DNA of 64,000 bases from Myxococcales bacterium (GTDB lineage: Bacteria; Myxococcota_A; UBA9042; JABWCM01; BTVJ01): the NCBI GenBank assembly GCA_045863395.1, contig BTVJ01000028.1, forward strand, positions 1 to 64,000. Reading direction: 5' to 3'. The notes beneath the pieces were generated by a model. That model saw nothing but the letters and a program-made list of their open reading frames with translations, was not told where the DNA came from and made no database searches. The position numbers and the translations under genes are program-made. How positions within the stretch are numbered: position 1 is the first letter of the stretch; every line of letters starts with the position of its first letter. Shown here piece by piece: positions 55,446-64,000 of this stretch.

Positions 55446-56766
55446 CTGCGTCCCCGACCACCAGCGTCCCCGCGTCGTGCACCAGCGCCCACCGGTCCGT
55501 GCCAGGGAGGGGGGTCGCCAGCCGGAACTGGGGCCCCACGGTGAGGGCGGTGGCTGGGCCCGCAGTGGCCCCGTCCTCCGTCACCGTGAGCGGAATGAGC
55601 TGGAAGCCCGCGATCTGGTAGGACTCGTCGTAGGTCTTGGCCAGGACGTGGCCGTCCGGGGTGAACGCGAAGTCGCCGGGGATGTCGACGCTCGGGGCCG
55701 CTGCAAACACATCGACGGGCGTGTCTGTAGACGCGGCGGCGAGCAGCGCCTCCACGGAGAGCCCGTAGACCCGGTTGCCCTCCGATCCGTCCGGCCACGT
55801 CGTGCCGAAGCCTGCGAAGCCGCCAGCGAGGACGAGGTCGCCGTGGACCGCCACGTCGCCGCTCGCCGTGCCCAGGTTCGTCGCCACCAGGGTCGCGGAC
55901 GGTCCCCCGGGACCAAGCTCCACCAGGTAGAGCCCCTGCCCGAGCTCGACCCCGGCGGCCCCGAGGCCGTTGACGAGCAGGCGGTCCTCGTCGAGGAAGG
56001 CCACGGCGTAGTTGCCCGGCGCGTCGAGCGCGGCAGGGTCGCCCGGAACGAGGTCGCCCACGACGACGGAGCCCGGGAAGTCCGCGCCCATCGTGGAGTA
56101 GCCCCAGGCGGCGCGCGTGAAGGTGGGATCGGTCTCCAGGTAGCCGCCCGGGAAGACCTCGAAGGCGGCGAGGCTCCCGTCCACGTCCACGGTGGACAGC
56201 AGGGCCGGAGGCTGGCCGTCGAAGGACCGGCGGTGAAGCGCGAAGCGCGCCTTGCCCGCCTCGTCGGCTGCGCTCAGCGCCAGCGCGCCTTCGTTCGGGA
56301 GCCCGGCCAGGGCGACCAGGGCGGTGGTGTCGTCGCAGTGGTTGGAGAGGACGACGAGGCCAGCGCCGAGCGCGGCCTCCAGCGTGGCGGGGTCGGCGCC
56401 ACAGGAGGCGACGCAGGCGCCGGCGACGCACGCCTGGTCACCGCACCCGCCGGGGCACGCGCCGACCGGCCCCGAGTCCGCGGAGCCGTCCGTGCCCTGA
56501 GTGGTGTCCACCGTGCCTCCGCCGCTGTCCGTGGCGGCGTCCGTGGTCCCGGTGGCGTCGCCCCCGCCTGTCCCGACGTCTGCCTCTGCGCCGGTGTCCG
56601 CCCCAACGCCTCCACCGGGACCCGCGTCGGCCCCCTGCGCCACGTCCGCGCCCGCACCCCCGGCCGCGTCCGTCCCCTCGCTGTCCGACTCACACGCCAC
56701 CGCGGCCACGGCCACGGCGAGCAGCACCGCCGGCCCCCTCCGGGCCAGCCACACTCGTCGCTTCAT
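55438..56766 (-). CDS. Lipoprotein, probable beta-propeller, first gene under the cobalamin riboswitch
   Basis: GGAGG RBS before ATG 56766; lipobox AVAC; Asp/Gly/Thr linker, Cys knot, beta-rich domain. The longer ORF extension runs through the riboswitch and was discarded. Confidence 0.78.
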   Translation of the reverse strand: MKRRVWLARRGPAVLLAVAVAAVACESDSEGTDAAGGAGADVAQGADAGPGGGVGADTGAEADVGTGGGDATGTTDAATDSGGGTVDTTQGTDGSADSGPVGACPGGCGDQACVAGACVASCGADPATLEAALGAGLVVLSNHCDDTTALVALAGLPNEGALALSAADEAGKARFALHRRSFDGQPPALLSTVDVDGSLAAFEVFPGGYLETDPTFTRAAWGYSTMGADFPGSVVVGDLVPGDPAALDAPGNYAVAFLDEDRLLVNGLGAAGVELGQGLYLVELGPGGPSATLVATNLGTASGDVAVHGDLVLAGGFAGFGTTWPDGSEGNRVYGLSVEALLAAASTDTPVDVFAAAPSVDIPGDFAFTPDGHVLAKTYDESYQIAGFQLIPLTVTEDGATAGPATALTVGPQFRLATPLPGTDRWALVHDAGTLVVGDAGD

Positions 56767-56898
56767 GATGTCCTCCGTGGCTTCGGGGCGGGGCGGACGC
56801 CTGCAAGGCGCGCGCACCGATGCCTCCGACCCGAAGCATCTGCTGGTGCTCTCCCGCCCATCGCGAGGGCAGGAGCGCGGCAAACCGTTCGCCGCAGT

Positions 56899-57220
56899 CG
56901 ACGCGCGCAGTATCCTGGCTTCCGGATCACCCTCCCTCGGGCCTTCCCAGCGGCCTGGCCGCCAGTGGCTTGGGTGGGTGTAGCCAGATTGCCCCGTCGC
57001 GAGCGCGTGGACGCGCCCGCATGGCAAGGAGCGGGGTTCCCGACGAGGGGGCGCGTACTCGTGGTACTCGTTCCCTCGTCGGGATGCCCGCGACGCTGCC
57101 AGGCGGGATGCGTCCGCGCGCGCAGCAGGGGCAATCTGGCCACACCCACCCAGTCCGAGTTCGTCACCGGATACAGTTGCGGGGGCAGCGCCGGCCTCAC
57201 ACCGGCTTCCTGCTGCGTCG
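56899..57220 (-). promoter_or_regulatory. Cobalamin (B12) riboswitch, class I-like, with large insertion
   Basis: Minus strand reads AGGAAGCCGGTGTGAGGCCGGCGCTGCCCCCGCAACTGT ... GCCACTG ... GGGAAGG ... AGCCAGGATACTGC (B12 box); closing stem CGACGCAGCAG/CTGCGCGCGTCG. Confidence 0.9.
56971..57152. repeat. Long nested inverted repeat (182-nt hairpin) inside the riboswitch
   Basis: 56971-56995 pairs with 57128-57152 (24/25; the difference is G-U on the transcribed strand), with inner stems such as TCCCGACGAGGG/CCCTCGTCGGGA. Confidence 0.9.
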
Positions 57221-57344
57221 CGGGGGCACGTACCACGCTCCATGACGCAGGTCAAGCACCCGCACGGGACCCTGGATGAGGGCTGGCGAGCCCCTCGCCC
57301 TCGTGATAGGCTCGCGCCGCAGCGGACCCCGAGAGGAGTGGATC

Positions 57345-58916
57345 ATGAAGAAGAGCTTGATGTTCGCGGTGTTGGCCCTGGTGATGGGCGCGTGCGCCGA
57401 CGAGACGCAGGACGCCGGGCAGAGCGAGCTGGCCGAGGTCGTCGCCCCTGGCAAGCAGGACAACTACGTCTCGCCCACCTCCAAGGAGTTCAACCTGTGG
57501 GGCATCGGCGAGCTCAGCCTCGAGCCGTCGTGGAAGGACAAGACCTTCCAGGAGCGGGAGGCCCACGTGCAGGACCTGCTCGGGGCCCGCTTCAAGGCCT
57601 ACTCGCACTTCATCAATGTCTACCTCACCGACAAGACCTCCCACGACGCCAACCACGGCTACGGCGGGTTCTCGGGCTGGGTCCGGTCGAGCAGCCTCGA
57701 CTGGATCCGGGAGCCCGTGGACGAGGACGGCATGGCCTGGGCCTTCATCTGGGAGCTCCAGATCGGGGCGCCGCGCAACCTGATGGACCGCCTCCCCATC
57801 GAGGTCCGCGAGGACGGCGACGTCTACTTCGTGGTCAAGATGCCCAAGCTGAGCGAGTCGGCGCTGCTGGCCGGCAGCTACCCCAAGGACTTCGACCCCT
57901 CCAAGCACACGGGGGAGCTGGAGGACCTGGAGGTCGTGGTGGAGCCGGCCCCCGAGAGCCACGACGCGTGGCCAGACTACCGCGGCATGTTCGACGACGG
58001 CCGGCTGGAGGTGCTCATCGTCGTCGGCGGCGACTACAACGAGCAGCGCTACGACGCCCAGGCCGCCGAGCAGATCTTCAAGTGGCTGAAGGGCGCGGGC
58101 TTCAAGCACGACGCGAAGTTGCTCGCAGACCTGCGGGTGGACGGCGCCCCGTTCACGCGAACCCTGAAGGCAGGGGGCAAGGACGTGGCGGTGGAGGTGT
58201 CGCTCGTCCACCCCGACATCGTCGAGGACGCCCAGCTCGACCTCTTGCGCCAGCGCATCGTCAAAGGCTTCCAGACCGCGGACGTGGTGCTCTACGACGG
58301 CCACGCGGGGTCGGACCCGGACTACTCGGGGGTCGTCTACCACTACAACCCGCGCAAGGCGATCAGCGCCACCGAGCTCAGCAAGCTGGAGCTGCCGTCC
58401 AAGTACCAAGTCTATGTCTTCAACGGCTGCAAGACGTACAGCACGTACCCGGAGACGGTCTACAAGAACCCCTCGAAGACCACGGCCAACCTGGACATCA
58501 TCTCCACGGTGAGCTTCGCGTGGCTGAACCTCCAGACCTTCACCACCTCGGGCTTCCTGTCGGAGCTGGTGGCGCTGCGCAACGGGACGCACGATCCGCG
58601 CACCTTCGTAGAGATCCTGACCACCATCAACAAGGGCGGGAACTCCAACGTGTACTACGGCGTCCACGGCGTCGACGACAACGCGCACATCAATCCCTAC
58701 GCCGACACGGCGAAGCTCTGCGCGAGCTGCACCAAGGACGCGGACTGCTCCGGCGCCGGCAACCTGTGCGTGCGGTTCTCCTGGGGCGCGGCGTGCGGCG
58801 CCGAGTGCACCGCCAACGACGGGTGCCCCGCCGGCTACGCCTGCACTGAGGTGGCTCTCGGCGGCGCCATCAGCGGTCGCCAGTGCCTTCCCAAGACCTT
58901 GAAGTGCGCCCCCTGA
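57345..58916 (+). CDS. Lipoprotein, hypothetical, with clan CD-like His/Cys motifs and Cys-rich C-terminus
   Basis: GAGGAG RBS; lipobox MGAC; VLYDGHAG and VYVFNGCK motifs; C-terminal Cys-rich module. Confidence 0.8.
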   Translation: MKKSLMFAVLALVMGACADETQDAGQSELAEVVAPGKQDNYVSPTSKEFNLWGIGELSLEPSWKDKTFQEREAHVQDLLGARFKAYSHFINVYLTDKTSHDANHGYGGFSGWVRSSSLDWIREPVDEDGMAWAFIWELQIGAPRNLMDRLPIEVREDGDVYFVVKMPKLSESALLAGSYPKDFDPSKHTGELEDLEVVVEPAPESHDAWPDYRGMFDDGRLEVLIVVGGDYNEQRYDAQAAEQIFKWLKGAGFKHDAKLLADLRVDGAPFTRTLKAGGKDVAVEVSLVHPDIVEDAQLDLLRQRIVKGFQTADVVLYDGHAGSDPDYSGVVYHYNPRKAISATELSKLELPSKYQVYVFNGCKTYSTYPETVYKNPSKTTANLDIISTVSFAWLNLQTFTTSGFLSELVALRNGTHDPRTFVEILTTINKGGNSNVYYGVHGVDDNAHINPYADTAKLCASCTKDADCSGAGNLCVRFSWGAACGAECTANDGCPAGYACTEVALGGAISGRQCLPKTLKCAP

Positions 58917-60310
58917 CCGCCAAGACGGCCCCTGCGCTGGCCCCTGCGCTGGTCCTTGGGCTGGTCCTTGGGCTGGTCCTTGGGCTGGTCCTTGGGCTGG
59001 GCGGCGCCGCCGTGGCCGACACCCGCCCGGACGTGGCGGTGCAGCTCCTCGGGTGGTCGCCGGACGGCGCCCGCTACGCCTTCGTGCGGCACCGCACCGC
59101 CCACCTGGACGACGGGCGCGTCGAGCGCTCCGAGCGGACGTTCCTGCGGGAGGTCGATGAGGACCTGACGGAGCACACGCTCCCGCTCAGCGACGAGGAG
59201 GTCCGCGCCGAGGTCGCCAAGGAGGGCTTCGTGGTCGCCCCCCTCGCGCGGCGGCAGGCCGGGGAGCTGGCGTGGGTGTTCGTGGACGAGGCGGGGCACC
59301 CCTGGCTCCGCTTCACCGTGGTCGTCGGGGAGCGCCTGTCTTGGGAGCTGGCGACCCGGGGTGCCGACGGGGTCCGCCGCACGCTGGCGGCGCGCCCCGT
59401 CGAGGATCTGTACGTGGACTTCGAGCCCGACGTGTACGTGGCCCCCGGCGGTGGGCGCGCGCTGCTCGTGGTCGGCATGAGGGCCCCGTACCGGCACGGC
59501 GCCGACATCGCGGTGGTCCCGCTCGCGGCCCCCCCGCCGCCCCCCCAGCTCCCGGTCACGCCCGCGCCGCCCGGCGCCAGAGAGGTGGCGCTGGAGCCGG
59601 GTGACGTGGTCCTGCGCTGGGAGGAGACCGACGCGGTCGTCCCCGTGACGGCGGAGGAGGACCCGGACGTCGCCGCGCTCGAGACGGCCGTCGCAGCGCC
59701 CGCAGAGCCTCGTCCGGAGCCAGCCCCCGGGACCGCCGTCGGCGAGAGTGCTCAAGGGCTCCCCGACCTCCCTCCGGCTGTCGAAGGGGGCACCCGGGGT
59801 CCGGGCGAGACCGTGGATCCTGCCGGCGACCCCCTCGCCCTCCCGCCGCTCGCAGAGGACCCAGACATCCTGCCGCCGTTCCAGGAGCCGGACGAGCCGC
59901 AGCCCGAGTGGGAGCACCCGGAGGTGGAGGTCGCGAAGGGCTCCGCGCCTGCTCCCACCCCCGCGCCCGCCCAGACCCGCCCGACGCCTGCACGGTCCAT
60001 CGAGACCACGCCCGCGGTCACGGCGCCCGGCTCGATCACGCTGCTCGGCTTCATCAAGGTGGGAGACATCTACGGGGGCGCCCCCATCGCAGGCGCCACC
60101 GTGACCCTGAGCACGGGGCAGACCGCGACCACCAACGCCAAGGGCCTTTACAAGATCACGGCAGCGCCTGGGACGGTCACCGTGACGGCGAGCGCCAGAG
60201 GCTACGCGACCTGGTCCGAGGACAAGGACCTGGAGCCGGGCGTGGAGAACTGGAAGAGCCTGGCCCTCGTGAAGCCTGGTGAGGCACGGCCCACGGCTAC
60301 CCCCCGATGA
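58883..60310 (+). CDS. Secreted Pro-rich protein with C-terminal carboxypeptidase-regulatory-like domain (start uncertain, 58883 or 58904)
   Basis: Hydrophobic N-terminus; LGWSPDG; Pro/Glu-rich linker; GAPIAGATVTL...TTNAKGLY...VTASARGY. Confidence 0.7.
   Translation: MPSQDLEVRPLTAKTAPALAPALVLGLVLGLVLGLVLGLGGAAVADTRPDVAVQLLGWSPDGARYAFVRHRTAHLDDGRVERSERTFLREVDEDLTEHTLPLSDEEVRAEVAKEGFVVAPLARRQAGELAWVFVDEAGHPWLRFTVVVGERLSWELATRGADGVRRTLAARPVEDLYVDFEPDVYVAPGGGRALLVVGMRAPYRHGADIAVVPLAAPPPPPQLPVTPAPPGAREVALEPGDVVLRWEETDAVVPVTAEEDPDVAALETAVAAPAEPRPEPAPGTAVGESAQGLPDLPPAVEGGTRGPGETVDPAGDPLALPPLAEDPDILPPFQEPDEPQPEWEHPEVEVAKGSAPAPTPAPAQTRPTPARSIETTPAVTAPGSITLLGFIKVGDIYGGAPIAGATVTLSTGQTATTNAKGLYKITAAPGTVTVTASARGYATWSEDKDLEPGVENWKSLALVKPGEARPTATPR
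58927..58998 (+). repeat. 12-bp tandem repeats: GGCCCCTGCGCT x2 then GGTCCTTGGGCT x4
   Basis: Read directly; encode (APAL)2(VLGL)4 in the signal region. Confidence 0.9.
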
Positions 60311-60830
60311 GGGTGCGCTTGCCGCTCACGGACATGGTCGCCGAGCAGTCGACGACGGCGCCGAGGTAGCGCCGCACCGAGGTGCCCGTCAGGGTGGCCT
60401 GCCCTCCCCCTTGCGACAGCTTCATGGTGCCGCGGGTGACCTCGATGTACTTCACGCCCACCTGCAGGTCGTAGAAGATCCCATAGGTGAACGAGCCGTC
60501 CTGGTCGACGCCGCCCTTGAAGGTGTACGCGCTACCCAGATCGTCGACGGCACGGGTGAGCTCCCCGCCGTTCTGGAGCAGCACCACGTCCTCGTCGTCC
60601 TTCTCGCCCTTCTTGGGCAGCACGTCCCCGGCCAGGTTGAACAGGTCGCAGTTGGTCACCGTGACCGTCGTGTCGAGCACCCACGTGCCCGAGTACAGGG
60701 CCCCTTGGGCGGTCCCGGGAGTGATGGCCTCCACGTCCTGCTCCTCCACCACCTCGCCGCCGGGGATGAGCTGCCCGGCAGAGTCACACCCCATCAACAC
60801 CGCGAACACTCCGATCACCAGCTTCTTCAC
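60297..60830 (-). CDS. Small lipoprotein, hypothetical (beta-rich)
   Basis: AGGAGGAG RBS before GTG; KKLVIGVFAVLMGC lipobox; YSGTW; alternative ATG at 60857. Confidence 0.75.
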   Translation of the reverse strand: MKKLVIGVFAVLMGCDSAGQLIPGGEVVEEQDVEAITPGTAQGALYSGTWVLDTTVTVTNCDLFNLAGDVLPKKGEKDDEDVVLLQNGGELTRAVDDLGSAYTFKGGVDQDGSFTYGIFYDLQVGVKYIEVTRGTMKLSQGGGQATLTGTSVRRYLGAVVDCSATMSVSGKRTLIGG

Positions 60831-60856
60831 GTCTCCTCCTCTTGGACGGGCGGCCA

Positions 60857-61561
60857 TCAAACGGCCTCCCGGCGTCGCACAGTCAAGTTCTCGATGGGAT
60901 TCTCGTAGTCGCGCCCCTGGAAGATGCGCTTGACGAAGACTCCCGGCAGGTGGATGTCGTCCGGGCCGAGCGCCCCGAGCGGCACAAGCTCCTCCACCTC
61001 GGCGATCGTCACCTTTGCGGCCATCGCCATCAGCGGGCTGAAGTTGCGCGCGGTGCCGTAGAAGCGGAGGTTTCCGAAGGGGTCTCCGGCGCGGGCGCGG
61101 ATGATGGCGAAGTCGGCCGTCAGGGGCCGCTCGAAGATCATGCGCTTTCCGTCGATGACCCGCTCCTCCTTGCCCTCGGCGACCACGGTGCCCACCCCCG
61201 TCGGCGTGAAGAACCCGCCCAGCCCCGCGCCCCCCGCCCGCATGCGCTCGGCGAGGGTGCCCTGGGGGTTGAGCTCCACCTCGACCTCTCCCGCGAGCAT
61301 CTGGGCCTGGAGGTCCGGGTTGCCGCCGATGTAGCTGGCGATGACCTTGCGCACCTGGCGGGTCTTCAAGAGCGCGGCGAGTCCCCGCCCCTGGTTGCCG
61401 CAGTTGTTGCTGACCAGGGTCAGGTCGCGGGTCCCGAGCTCCAGGATGGCCCGGATGCAGTTCTCCGCGTTGCCGCACAGCCCGAAACCACCCGACATGA
61501 CGCTGGCGCCGTCCCGCAGGTCATGGAGCGCCGCTCGCGCGTCCGCGTACACCTTGTTCAT
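60857..61561 (-). CDS. scoA: 3-oxoacid CoA-transferase subunit A (family I)
   Basis: SGGFGLCG, SNNCG, PQGTLAERMRAGGAG, TGVGT, GNL...TARNF.P.MA.A, TIAEVE, IHLPGVFV. Confidence 0.92.
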   Translation of the reverse strand: MNKVYADARAALHDLRDGASVMSGGFGLCGNAENCIRAILELGTRDLTLVSNNCGNQGRGLAALLKTRQVRKVIASYIGGNPDLQAQMLAGEVEVELNPQGTLAERMRAGGAGLGGFFTPTGVGTVVAEGKEERVIDGKRMIFERPLTADFAIIRARAGDPFGNLRFYGTARNFSPLMAMAAKVTIAEVEELVPLGALGPDDIHLPGVFVKRIFQGRDYENPIENLTVRRREAV

Positions 61562-62880
61562 GAGCCGAACACCTCCGACAGGGCGTCATCGATGAGCGCG
61601 ATGCCCTCCCGCAGCTCCGCCTCGGTGATGCAGAGCGGGGGGGCGAGGAAGACGAAGTTGCCCTTCACCAGCATGTGGACCCGACGCGCCTTCAGGGCCT
61701 TCTTGAGCGCCGCCATGGGCGTGCCCGCCTCCGGGGAGTGGAGCGGCACGAAGGGCTCCCGGGTCGCGCGGTCCTTCACCAACTCCAGTGTCCCGAGCAG
61801 CCCGATGACCCGGGCGTCGCCGATCACGTCCCACTTCTCGTGGAGGCGCGCCCACTCGTCACGAACCACGGACTCCAGGGCTGCGGCGCGCTCGACGAGC
61901 CCGTCCTCCTGATAGACCCGGATGGCGGCGACCGATGCGGCGCAGGAGACGGGGTGTGCGTAACTGGTCAGCCCCGCCCAGAGGGTGCGTTCCTGGAAGT
62001 ATCGGGCGATGGCCGGGCTCACGGCCGTGACTCCCAAGGGGGCGTATCCGCCCGTGACCCCCTTGCCCATGGTCAGCAGATCCGGCACCACCCCCCAGTG
62101 ATCGACGGCGAACCAGCGCCCGGTGCGCCCGAAGCCGGTGAGCACCTCGTCCGCCACGAGCAGGATGCCGTGCCGGTCGCAGATCTCCCGGATGCGGGGC
62201 CAGTAGCTCGGCGGGGGCACGAAGCCGCCGTTGGCGCCAGTGACGCCCTCCATGAACACGGCGGCGATGGTGGTCGGGCCCTCCAGCTCGATGACCCGCT
62301 CCAGGTGCTCGGCGCAGGCGAGGCCGCAGCAGTCGGGGGTGCGCCCGAAGGGGCAGCGGTAGCAGTACGGGTCCTCGGCGCGCACGACCCCCCACAGGCC
62401 CGGCTCCACCGGGAGGCGCCGGGGATCGCCCGTCAGGGACAGGGCGCCCATGCTCGCTCCGTGGTAGCTCCGGCGCCGCGCCACCACCTTGAGCCGGCCC
62501 GTCACCATGCGGGCGATCTTGTAGGCGTTCTCGTTGGCCTCCGCGCCTGACAGCCCGAGGAAGAAGTGCTGCATGTCGCCGGGCGTTATGGCGGCGAGCT
62601 GCTCCCCCAGCGCCGCCTTCGCCTCGAACAGGGCGGCGGGGTGCGCACAGGCCAGCTCGCGCGCCTGCCGCGCGATCGCCTCGCTGATTCGCTCCTCCCC
62701 GTGGCCCACGTTGCAGTTCCAGACCTGGCTCTCGAAGTCGAGCCAGCGGTCACCGGCGTGGTCCCAGAACACGGCCCCGCGCCCGTGCGAGATGGACACG
62801 GGGCTCGCCGCCGCCTGAGCGGTCCAGGTATAGAGGATGTGCGCGCGCTGGCGCTCCTCCAGGGTCTTCGCGGCTGTCAC
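61558..62880 (-). CDS. Class III PLP-dependent aminotransferase (omega-amino acid / taurine / beta-alanine type)
   Basis: NVGHG, SGAEANENA, SYHG, LVADEVLTGFGRTG, PDLLTMGKG, TSYAHP, APPL; ATGA-coupled to the CoA-transferase. Confidence 0.92.
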   Translation of the reverse strand: MTAAKTLEERQRAHILYTWTAQAAASPVSISHGRGAVFWDHAGDRWLDFESQVWNCNVGHGEERISEAIARQARELACAHPAALFEAKAALGEQLAAITPGDMQHFFLGLSGAEANENAYKIARMVTGRLKVVARRRSYHGASMGALSLTGDPRRLPVEPGLWGVVRAEDPYCYRCPFGRTPDCCGLACAEHLERVIELEGPTTIAAVFMEGVTGANGGFVPPPSYWPRIREICDRHGILLVADEVLTGFGRTGRWFAVDHWGVVPDLLTMGKGVTGGYAPLGVTAVSPAIARYFQERTLWAGLTSYAHPVSCAASVAAIRVYQEDGLVERAAALESVVRDEWARLHEKWDVIGDARVIGLLGTLELVKDRATREPFVPLHSPEAGTPMAALKKALKARRVHMLVKGNFVFLAPPLCITEAELREGIALIDDALSEVFGS

Positions 62881-62896
62881 GGAGACACCCCCAAGT

Positions 62897-64000
62897 CTAC
62901 GGCCCTGGCGCCACGGCGCACTGGCTGAAGAGGCTCTTGAAGTCGATGGTCTTCTTGAGGTTGGCCAGGAAGTCCGCCTCGTCGTCCACGCTGACCACCA
63001 CGTGGACCCCGCCGCCGTAGAGCGCGATCAGCCGGTTGGCGTTGGTCACGTCGTCCGCGCTCGCCTTGTCCGCCGCGCTCGCGTCCACGACGTTGACGAT
63101 CACGTCGATGGGGTTGCCGTTGGCGTCGCGCAGGCGGTTCGACGGGACCTCGCTGGTGTCCACGTAGGCGATCTTCTGCTTCTGCGGGTCGTTCTTGATG
63201 GCGTCGTTGGTGCAGAAGCCCTCTTCGGAGCAGTAGGGCTTGAAGCACTCGGTCTCGCCCGGCTTGTCCTTCTTGGCGCGACAGAAGTTGAGCTTGCTGC
63301 ACTGGTCATCGGACGTGCAGCCGAGTCCATAGCGAAGCCGCTTGGCCTGCACCTGCGGGTTGAAGAAGTCGTTGGTGGACGGATACTCGGTCTCGCCGCC
63401 ATCCGTGAAGAGGACGACCACATTCAGGCGGCACGCTTTCAGCGGGTCGAAGCACTTGCCCTCGGGACCGCAGAAGTATCCAGGGCTGCCGCAGTCCGCG
63501 TCTTCGAGACAGTTCTTGCCGTCGACGACCACATAGCGGCGCATGTACTCTCCGGCGTAGAACAGGCTCTTGCCGAGGGGGGTCCAGCCGTGGGCGCGCA
63601 GCTCCGGGTTGGTGAAGGTGTGGCAGCGGCGGTTCCCGGCGGGGCCGAGACACACTCCGTCCTGGCAGTCCTGCGGTGAACCACAGATTGCCGAGGTCTT
63701 GAGCAGAGTCTCCTTGAAGTCCATCCACTGAAGGAGCGGGAGCAGATTGGACGTGGACCCGGGGGGCGGGAAGGGCACGAGCAGCACCTCGTCCAGGGCC
63801 TCGTCGAACCAGGTCTTGGTGCCCATGACCGTCTCGTGGGCGCCGTCGTCGCCGGTCATGACGGTGTCGCCCTCGTAGTAGCCGCCCTCGCACACGGGCG
63901 TGGAGCGCTTGGCAGATTGGGGGAAGCGCTGGAGCGCGAAGATCACGTCGAAGGAGTCATCGCTGGAGAAGAACTGGGAGAAGACCTTCTTGCTGACTCC
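62897..64000 (-). CDS. Cys-containing vWA-like protein, 5'-partial
   Basis: Frame is open to the window edge; TPL...L and VVLFTDG are distal MIDAS elements; Cys-rich inserts. Confidence 0.6.
   Translation of the reverse strand, partial: GVSKKVFSQFFSSDDSFDVIFALQRFPQSAKRSTPVCEGGYYEGDTVMTGDDGAHETVMGTKTWFDEALDEVLLVPFPPPGSTSNLLPLLQWMDFKETLLKTSAICGSPQDCQDGVCLGPAGNRRCHTFTNPELRAHGWTPLGKSLFYAGEYMRRYVVVDGKNCLEDADCGSPGYFCGPEGKCFDPLKACRLNVVVLFTDGGETEYPSTNDFFNPQVQAKRLRYGLGCTSDDQCSKLNFCRAKKDKPGETECFKPYCSEEGFCTNDAIKNDPQKQKIAYVDTSEVPSNRLRDANGNPIDVIVNVVDASAADKASADDVTNANRLIALYGGGVHVVVSVDDEADFLANLKKTIDFKSLFSQCAVAPGP

Noticed and set aside
39855..57220. A single B12 island linking the CobW-like GTPase, the riboswitch and eutBC
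   Set aside because: The loci are tens of kb apart with unrelated genes between them, and the GTPase lacks the CobW metal motif.
56767..57255. N-terminal extension of the 605-aa ORF
   Set aside because: It runs through the riboswitch; the ATG at 56766 has the RBS and the lipoprotein signal.

Overview
A very GC-rich, gene-dense bacterial window. Its content (Cys-rich CTDC and MopE-type surface lipoproteins, PEGA/TPR proteins, a Hanks-type kinase, a sigma-54 activator) points by inference to a Myxococcota-like organism. About 35 protein-coding genes are supported; most of the ORF track is shadow ORFs caused by high GC. Recognisable parts are: an FAD monooxygenase; a Ser/Thr kinase followed by a TPR-PEGA TonB-dependent receptor; a minimal eutB-eutC-eutL locus; two tandem MopE-repeat/PQQ-propeller proteins; a thioester alpha-2-macroglobulin; two fibre-like secreted proteins with a shared N-terminal base but different lectin-like heads; an XylR/DmpR-type sigma-54 activator facing a perfect -24/-12 promoter ahead of YceI, a DUF692 (MNIO) enzyme, its partner and a GH36 lipoprotein, with no visible precursor peptide; an ABC1 kinase and a COG0523 GTPase lacking CxCC; PPi-dependent PFK; thiO-DUF423; a cobalamin riboswitch with a ~180-nt inserted hairpin controlling two lipoproteins; and a class III aminotransferase with an orphan CoA-transferase A subunit. 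No rRNA, tRNA, CRISPR array or mobile element was seen. Family calls come from motifs read by eye, not from database searches.
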